38,690 nt of DNA from Myxococcota bacterium (GTDB lineage: Bacteria > Myxococcota > JACRCW01): assembly GCA_040752415.1 (NCBI GenBank), contig JBFMGU010000086.1, forward strand, positions 1 to 38,690, given 5' to 3'. A program made the translations under genes and the position numbers. Below, in pieces: positions 32,316 to 38,690 of this stretch. Each line of letters starts with the position of its first letter. Positions within the stretch are counted from its first letter, which is position 1. Under the pieces are notes generated by a model. It had not been told where the DNA came from. It worked only from the letters and a program-made list of their open reading frames with translations, and did not search any database.

Positions 32316-33479
32316 TCACGCCTGGGACACGGGTGCCGCGTCGGAGGGCTTCTCGGCCGCAGCCTCGGCGGGCTTGGCCTCCGCGGGCTTCTCCGCAGCG
32401 ACTTCCGCGGGCTTGCTCTCCGCCGGCTTCTCGACGGGAGCAGCCTCCGCGGGCTTCTCCGCCACGGGCTGACCCTCGGTCTTCTGGGCCTGCTCGCCCT
32501 CGCGCTTGCCACCCTCGGGCCGCGGCTTGCGCTCACGACGCTCCTGCCGCTCCCGACGTCCGTTCCCGTCCTTGGCCTGCGCTCCCTCTCCCTGCTTCTC
32601 GCCGCGCTCCGACTTCTCACCGCGCTCGGGGCGCCCCTCACCACGACCACGCCCCCGCGACTTCAGCGCCTCACGACGACGGGTGGCGTCCTCGCTCGCG
32701 CGCACCATGTCCATGGCCAGGGAGGCGGCTTCCTGGTCGGTGATCTCCTTGGGCTTGCCCGCGTTCACCGCCACCAGCGCCAGCTCACGACACACCGCGA
32801 AGTACCGGCGCTGCGTCTCCTCGAGCTTGTCGGCCAACAGCTCGCGCTGCCCGTCGGTGGCCGCCAGCAGCTTCTCCGCGTTGCGCGCGCGGCGCATGAA
32901 ACGGGCCAGCTCGTCAATCGCCGGCTGCGGCAGCGTCTTGAGGTCGATCCGGGCGCCCGGGATGTTGGGGCTCTTCTCCTCCTCCTTCTCGCGGGCGGCC
33001 GCCGCGGCGCGGGCCTTCTCGTCCTCGTCGCGCTTGGCCAGCTTCTTCCGCAGGGACTCCAGCTCCGCCTGCGTCTCCGCGCGAGCCTCGCTCCGAGCCT
33101 GCTCGGCCAGCTCCGCGGCACGGGCCTCCGCCTGCTTGGCGCGCTTCTCCGCGGCCTCCACCGCCGCCGCAAAGCGGGCCATCTGCTCCTTGTCCACCGT
33201 CGGGGCGCTGGCCGCGGGCAGGGCCTTCTCCTCGCGCTCCGCCTTGCGCTTGGCCTTGGCGGCCTTGTCGCGCGCCTCCTCCAGCTGCTGGCCCTTGCGC
33301 TTGACGTCTTCACGCAGACCGTTGAGCTCCTCCTGCACGCCGGTGAGGCGCTTCTCCAGGTCCTTGGCGCGGTCCTGCAGCTCCGCACGCGCCTTCTCGG
33401 CGCCGGTGGCCCGCATGCTGAAGATCACGCAGACAATCACGGCAATCAGGCCCAGGACGATGACGGCGGGCAATGGCAT
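32316..33479 (-). CDS. Membrane-anchored coiled-coil protein with charged low-complexity tail
   Basis: N-terminal TM helix, long A/E/K/R helical region, EKPAE repeats; GAGG RBS. Confidence 0.82.
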   Translation of the reverse strand: MPLPAVIVLGLIAVIVCVIFSMRATGAEKARAELQDRAKDLEKRLTGVQEELNGLREDVKRKGQQLEEARDKAAKAKRKAEREEKALPAASAPTVDKEQMARFAAAVEAAEKRAKQAEARAAELAEQARSEARAETQAELESLRKKLAKRDEDEKARAAAAAREKEEEKSPNIPGARIDLKTLPQPAIDELARFMRRARNAEKLLAATDGQRELLADKLEETQRRYFAVCRELALVAVNAGKPKEITDQEAASLAMDMVRASEDATRRREALKSRGRGRGEGRPERGEKSERGEKQGEGAQAKDGNGRRERQERRERKPRPEGGKREGEQAQKTEGQPVAEKPAEAAPVEKPAESKPAEVAAEKPAEAKPAEAAAEKPSDAAPVSQA

Positions 33480-33640
33480 GGCTCAACCTCGACGGGGTCG
33501 GGGGCTAGGAGCCCCAACCGGAATGCGCCCGGCTTGCTCACGGACGCGGGTTTCAGATGACGCTGGCGGGACCACGCCCACCAGCCGGGGGTGGGCCACC
33601 TAGCACACGGCGGGGCGACTGACAGCTCCCAAAGAACGCC

Positions 33641-34078
33641 TCAATTGACGTCCACGCTGCCTTCCTTGACCTGCACCGTGAAGGTCCGCTCGTACGGGCA
33701 CCGGTCGACCTCGGCCTGGAACTCCGCGCTGATGGTGCCGCGCAGCTTCACCTTCCCGGTCCGCGCCCCCGACGAGGGCAGCAGGATGAAGATGTCCAGC
33801 CGCTTCCCCACCACCTCCGCGTCCTGCACGCTTCCCAGGTCGGTGATGATCTCGGGCGTGTTGGTGAAGCGCTCGTCGCGGGTGGTGATGAGCTCGAAGA
33901 TCAGGTGCAGGTTGACGTCCCCGTTCCGCTCCCCGCGCGCGCTCTGGAAGATGTTCTGACCCTGCTGTTCCGGGGAGTCCTGGCAGAAGGGCAGTCCGGT
34001 GGTGGTGCACCCCGACAAGGAGGCCACCACGCACGCCGCCAGCACCTTCAACACGCTGCTTCCACGTCGTCCCGGCAT
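33641..34078 (-). CDS. Hypothetical lipoprotein
   Basis: Lipobox LSG-C after a hydrophobic stretch; beta-rich mature part with two further Cys. Confidence 0.7.
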   Translation of the reverse strand: MPGRRGSSVLKVLAACVVASLSGCTTTGLPFCQDSPEQQGQNIFQSARGERNGDVNLHLIFELITTRDERFTNTPEIITDLGSVQDAEVVGKRLDIFILLPSSGARTGKVKLRGTISAEFQAEVDRCPYERTFTVQVKEGSVDVN

Positions 34079-34183
34079 GCACGCCACCATAGGTCCGACG
34101 CCCAAGCTCCCGCCAGCCCACCGGGGCCCAGGATTTGCTCAAGCTGCGCCGCCGCGACTACTCAAGAGGCCCAGGAGGCGCAG

Positions 34184-35464
34184 ATGCGGTCCCCTTCACG
34201 CAGCACCCTCGTTTCCCTCGTGGTGATGGTCGGCTTGTGCACGGTGAGCCCGTTGTTGGCGGCACCACCCGCGAAGTCCGCCCCGCCGCCTCCACCTCCC
34301 GCGGCCCCGGCAGCTCCCCCGCCCGCCGCCACTCCCGCGCCCGCTCCGGCCCCCGCGCCGACGCCAGCCCCTGCGCCCGCACCCGCGACGCCTGCCGCCC
34401 CTGTCGCCGCCACCACCGCGCCCGCACCCATCGCCAACGCCGCGCCAGCGACGGAAGAGGTGGTGGAGACGGTGGCGCTGCTGCCCATCAACGCGCCGGA
34501 GCCCGGGCTGGCCAACGCCGCCACCGCACAAGCGGCCCAGGGTCTGCGCGACCTGCGCGTCCTCAAGGTCGTGGATCCGGAGACCATTGCGGGTCTGCTG
34601 GGCGCGGAAGCGCTGCGTCAGTCCACGGGGTGCTCGGATGCGTCATGCCTTGCGGAGCTGGCAGGGGCGGTGGGAGCGGCCTACGTCGTCAGTGGCAGCA
34701 TTGCGCGCACCGGTGAGGAGTACACGCTGAACCTGGTGCTGACCGACCAGCGCACCGCGCAGGCCATGGACGGCGTGGTGCGGCAGGAGAAGTCCTTGAA
34801 GGACGTGGGGCCGGGCATGCGCAGCGCGGCGCAGCAGGTGGTGCGCAAGCTGCTCGCCGGGAAGCTGGGCACGCTGCGACTGGTGGCGGCGGAGACCGGC
34901 GCGGACGTCAAGCTCGACGACGTCCTGGTGGGCACCACGCCCTTCGCCCCGCGCCAGCTTCCCATGGGCCCGCACAAGATCTCCGTCGAGAAGGAAGGGT
35001 TCATTGCGTTCCGGCAGGAGGTGGTGATCAAGCCCAATGACATGAGCGTGGTGCGCGCCGACCTCATCCCCAGCCAGGAGTTCATCAGCGCCTACAAGAC
35101 CCGCAACCGCGTGCTGCGTGGCCTCTCCGGGTTGGGCGGCGTGATGACGGTGGCGTCGTTGGGCGCGGGGCTGGCGGCGTACGCGGCGTGGCTGGCCGTG
35201 TTCATCAACGGCACCGCCGACGTGAAGAACCCCGACGGCTCGGTCAAGCAGTCCGGCCAGGACGTGGCGCTGGAGACGTTGCGCACCCCGCCGTGGGAGC
35301 CGGTGCAGGGCTCCACGCTGAAGAACAACGGGCTGTGGCTGGTGCTGGACGGGCTCCTCGTCGCCATCTTCGCGGCGCCGGCGTTCGCGCTGGGGTGGGC
35401 CGTGTTCGCCGCGGTCTTCTACTTCGTCGGTGACGACCCGGGCCGCTACGACCGTTACGAGTGA
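34184..35464 (+). CDS. PEGA domain-containing exported/membrane protein
   Basis: GGAGG RBS; signal peptide; Pro/Ala linker; GCSDASCLAELAGA; GADVKLDDVLVGTTP..GPHKISVEKEGF (PEGA); C-terminal hydrophobic helices. Confidence 0.85.
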   Translation: MRSPSRSTLVSLVVMVGLCTVSPLLAAPPAKSAPPPPPPAAPAAPPPAATPAPAPAPAPTPAPAPAPATPAAPVAATTAPAPIANAAPATEEVVETVALLPINAPEPGLANAATAQAAQGLRDLRVLKVVDPETIAGLLGAEALRQSTGCSDASCLAELAGAVGAAYVVSGSIARTGEEYTLNLVLTDQRTAQAMDGVVRQEKSLKDVGPGMRSAAQQVVRKLLAGKLGTLRLVAAETGADVKLDDVLVGTTPFAPRQLPMGPHKISVEKEGFIAFRQEVVIKPNDMSVVRADLIPSQEFISAYKTRNRVLRGLSGLGGVMTVASLGAGLAAYAAWLAVFINGTADVKNPDGSVKQSGQDVALETLRTPPWEPVQGSTLKNNGLWLVLDGLLVAIFAAPAFALGWAVFAAVFYFVGDDPGRYDRYE

Positions 35465-36690
35465 TCCAGCGGACGTGACGCCTCCTCGTCCAGCTGCATG
35501 GCACGGGTGTGGAGGCTCTTGAACAACGTCAGGCCAATGCTCATCACCGGCACCGCGAACAGCGCACCGGCAATCCCGTAGAAATGCTCTCCCGTGACCA
35601 GCGCCAGGACCACCAGCACCGGGTGGATCTTGGCCGCGTCGCCCATGATCTTGGGGTTGAGCAGGTTGGCCTCCAGCGCGTGGATTCCGATGATCCAGAG
35701 CAGCGCCAGGACGGCCTTGGTGAGGTCGTCGGTGAGGGCCACGGCCACAATGGGCACCGAGCTGATGATGGACCCGAAGATGGGCACCAGGCTCAGCGCC
35801 GCCGCCGACGACGCCAGCAACAGGGAGAACTTCACTTTCAGGAGCAGGAGCCCCACCAGCGTCAGGATGCCGTTCACCATGCAGATGGTGAGCTGGCCGC
35901 GGACCACGCCGGAGAGGCCATGGTCGATCCGGTCCAGCAGCGCGTTCATGCTGTCCCGACGGGAACGGGGCACCATGTCCAGCGCAAACCGCTTCATCCG
36001 CTGCACGTCCACGAGCAGGAACGCGGTGAGCATCAGCACCAGGAAGAACTTGAAGATGAAGCCCAGGAGCGCCTTGGCCGCGCCCTGGAGACGCTTGGCC
36101 AGCTCCGTGACGCCGGAGGCCGCCCACTTGGACAGGTCCTCGGTGGCGGTGGCCAGCTCGGCGCGCAGGTCCAGCTCGTAGACCGCGGGCGCGGACGCGG
36201 GCTGCGACGCGGGCTCGGGCGGCACCGGAGTGGCGTCGGCGTGCGCGTTTCCCGGTTCCTCCGGCGCCGACCACACCAGCACAATGGGAATGCCCCGCTC
36301 CCGCAGGACGCTCGTGATGCGCGCGGGGAGGGCGGCCAGCTCGCTGTTGAGGCGCTTGACGGCGTCACCGCTCTCCCGCCCCAGGCTGGCCACCTCCTGC
36401 GCCAGCTGCGGCACCACCACGCGCCCGGCCGCGTACAGGCCCAGGAACATGCCCGCGTACAGCACCAGCGTGGCCGCCCACCGCGGCAGCGCCCGCCCCG
36501 CCACCTGCTTCCCGTTCAGCCACGTCACGGCGGGATGGAGCACGTAGGCCAGGAACACCGCCACCCCGAACGGGAACAGCACCTCACGCACCGCCACCAG
36601 CAGGCCCAGCATGGTGAGCCACAGCACGGTGAGGAGGATGAGGCGCTTGGTGCGAGCGCTGGAGATGGAGGTGAGGAGGGAAGGGCCCAT
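35455..36690 (-). CDS. AI-2E family transporter (PerM/TqsA-like)
   Basis: PF..A.FLAY.LHP, RGQL, VPIFG, LEANLLNPKIMG, HPV and GALFAVP motifs. Confidence 0.92.
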   Translation of the reverse strand: MGPSLLTSISSARTKRLILLTVLWLTMLGLLVAVREVLFPFGVAVFLAYVLHPAVTWLNGKQVAGRALPRWAATLVLYAGMFLGLYAAGRVVVPQLAQEVASLGRESGDAVKRLNSELAALPARITSVLRERGIPIVLVWSAPEEPGNAHADATPVPPEPASQPASAPAVYELDLRAELATATEDLSKWAASGVTELAKRLQGAAKALLGFIFKFFLVLMLTAFLLVDVQRMKRFALDMVPRSRRDSMNALLDRIDHGLSGVVRGQLTICMVNGILTLVGLLLLKVKFSLLLASSAAALSLVPIFGSIISSVPIVAVALTDDLTKAVLALLWIIGIHALEANLLNPKIMGDAAKIHPVLVVLALVTGEHFYGIAGALFAVPVMSIGLTLFKSLHTRAMQLDEEASRPLDHS

Positions 36691-36848
36691 CGGCGCGCGA
36701 GCTTCTAATCACCGCCGACCACGCCCACAAGCTGATACGGCACCCATCCCATCAGGTGTTCCTTGTGGCGCGTGGGCGTTGTGGCTAGCGTTGTCGTCCT
36801 GCCCTTGCGTTTGGGGGCGTCCCCCACCTGACCGGGAGGATGAGCAGC

Positions 36849-38690
36849 ATGCGGTGCTGGACGGCGTGGGGTGGGCTCTCAGTGATGTTGGTGATGGCCA
36901 GCCCCGGTGTCGCCAGTGCGCAGGCGCCGTTCATCTCGGAGATCTTCTTCGACCCCGCCGGCTCGGAGGCCGCGCAGGAATGGGTGGAGATCCACAACCC
37001 CGGCACCTCCGCCGTGGACCTGGGCGGATGGAAGGTGGTCTCCCGCTCCAGCGGCAACACCAAGACCTTCACGCTCCCCGCCGGGGTCAGCATCGCCGCG
37101 GGCGGGGCGCTCGTCGTGGCCAACAACGCCACCCTCGGCGACGCCGTTCCGTGCCCCCTGGCGGCCGCCAGCTGGGGGAGCGCGGTGACGCTGTACAACA
37201 GCAGCGGGGCCTCCGTGGCGCTCGAGGACGGGACCGCCACCGAGGTGGACCGCGTGAGCTACATCGGCGGGGGCATGCCGGCGGGTCAGGAGGCGCACAC
37301 GCTGGCCGTCGTCGACCTGGCCGCGGGCAATGACAACGTGGCCAACTGGGCCGTCTCCGACTGTCCCTTCGGCAGCTCCTTCGGCACGCCCGGCCGCCCC
37401 AACTTCTCCTGCGCCGGCGGCGCCGACGGGGGTCCCACGTTCCTCTGCCCCGAAATCCCCGACGCTGGCCCGCCCGACGCCGCACCACCCGCGCCCGCCA
37501 CGCGCCCGTTCTTCTCGGAGATCTTCTACGACTCGCCGGTGACATCGGACACGGGCTCGGAATGGCTGGAGCTCTACAACCCCACGGACACCGACGTGGA
37601 CATGACCGGGTGGATCATCCGCAGCATCGGCAGCAGCACGCGGACGCACGAGCTGCCCTCCGGCACCGTCATCCCCGCGCAGGACGTCCTGCTCATTGCC
37701 GCCGAGGCGGACCTGGGCGCCGTGGCTGGGTGCGCCGTCGCGCCGGCCGCCTACGGGAGTGCGCTGACGCTCTACAACTCCGGCAGCGCGCGCGTGGAGC
37801 TGGTGGATGACGTCGGTGACCTGGTCGACGGGGTGACCTACCTGGGTGGCGGCATGCCCGACGCGCCCGCCGGGGCCAGCCTGGCCGTCGTCAACTACAA
37901 CGGCGCGGGCGGCAATGACGACGTCAGCAACTGGCAGGCCACCAGCTGCGCCTACGGCTCACGCGACTACAGCGGCCAGGTCCTCCCCAGCCATGGCAGC
38001 CCCGGGCTTCCCAACAGCGCGTGCGTCGGCGCCACGCCGGTCACGCTGGAGTGCCTCCCCGTCCCCGACGCGGGCGTCACCGACGGAGGAACCGTCGTCA
38101 TCGGTCGTGACGCGTCGCCGGGGCGGGACGCGCTGGGCCTGTTGGAGCCGCTGGATGCCGGGCCGCAGAGCAACAGCGCGCCCACCGTGACCATCACCGA
38201 GCCGACGGCCAACGTCGTGGCGGGGACGGGCGGGGTGACGGTGAGCTGGTCCGCCTCCGACCCCGACGGGGACGTGCTGGCCATCAGCATCCTTCGCTCC
38301 GCCGTGGGGGCCGGGCAGTCGGGCGAGGAGGTCCTGACCGGGCTGGCCGCGTCCGGGACGCAGACCTGGGACACCGCTGGCACGCCGCCGGGGGTCTACC
38401 GGGTGCTGGTCCGCGCGGCGGATGGGCACGGGAACGTGGCGGTGGCGGAGGCCCCGGGGACCGTGGAGGTGAAGCTGACGGATCCCTCGGGCGGGGCGGT
38501 GTTCGTGGACCGGCCGCGCGGCGGGGAGACCGTGGATGACAAGCTCACCATCACCGTCCGCTCCACCGCCACCGACGGCACCATCTCCGTTTTCTATGAC
38601 ACCGACGGCGCCGGGCTGGACGGAAAGCCCATCCAGGGCGGTATCCGGGCCCGTGTGGGTGTGGTGGATGTGGTGTGGTCCACGCTTTCC
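36849..38690 (+). CDS. Partial (runs off right edge) secreted protein with two tandem lamin-tail domains followed by Ig-like domain(s)
   Basis: Not in ORF track (no stop in window). Signal peptide ..GVASA; ISEIFFDP..EWVEIHNP..VDLGGW..GTPGRPN and FSEIFYD..EWLELYNP..VDMTGW..GSPGLPN; then NSAPTVTI..VSWSASDPDGD. Confidence 0.85.
   Translation, partial: MRCWTAWGGLSVMLVMASPGVASAQAPFISEIFFDPAGSEAAQEWVEIHNPGTSAVDLGGWKVVSRSSGNTKTFTLPAGVSIAAGGALVVANNATLGDAVPCPLAAASWGSAVTLYNSSGASVALEDGTATEVDRVSYIGGGMPAGQEAHTLAVVDLAAGNDNVANWAVSDCPFGSSFGTPGRPNFSCAGGADGGPTFLCPEIPDAGPPDAAPPAPATRPFFSEIFYDSPVTSDTGSEWLELYNPTDTDVDMTGWIIRSIGSSTRTHELPSGTVIPAQDVLLIAAEADLGAVAGCAVAPAAYGSALTLYNSGSARVELVDDVGDLVDGVTYLGGGMPDAPAGASLAVVNYNGAGGNDDVSNWQATSCAYGSRDYSGQVLPSHGSPGLPNSACVGATPVTLECLPVPDAGVTDGGTVVIGRDASPGRDALGLLEPLDAGPQSNSAPTVTITEPTANVVAGTGGVTVSWSASDPDGDVLAISILRSAVGAGQSGEEVLTGLAASGTQTWDTAGTPPGVYRVLVRAADGHGNVAVAEAPGTVEVKLTDPSGGAVFVDRPRGGETVDDKLTITVRSTATDGTISVFYDTDGAGLDGKPIQGGIRARVGVVDVVWSTLS

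Noticed and set aside
34260..34450. Pro/Ala repeats in the PEGA protein
   Set aside because: Ordinary low-complexity linker typical of high-GC exported proteins

Overview
High-GC chromosomal segment, most likely from a Myxococcota (myxobacteria-like) bacterium, judged from a clear CglD-type gliding lipoprotein and several myxobacterial-style secreted proteins. It is mostly core or housekeeping sequence: apt, SDR, TPR-AMIN-amidase, xerD, cglD, tRNA-Met(CAT), era, lipid kinase, dihydropyrimidinase plus beta-ureidopropionase-like hydrolase, mltG, ruvX, AtoE-type transporter with crotonase and acyl-CoA dehydrogenase, der, YihY, holA and an AI-2E transporter. I found no mobile element, prophage, CRISPR array or defence system. 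The most interesting parts are: (i) a TetR plus rifampicin-phosphotransferase-architecture kinase module with a perfect 10-bp operator palindrome, (ii) two unrelated di-heme c-type lipoproteins, one behind a sigma54-type promoter, (iii) a CglD with a very long Ser-rich stalk, (iv) a D-[AG]-[GSA] motif recurring in the linkers of four unrelated exported proteins, and (v) three ORFs absent from the supplied track (a zinc-ribbon protein at the left edge, a 57-aa sORF, and a tandem lamin-tail-domain protein at the right edge). All calls come from motif recognition by eye; no database searches were run.
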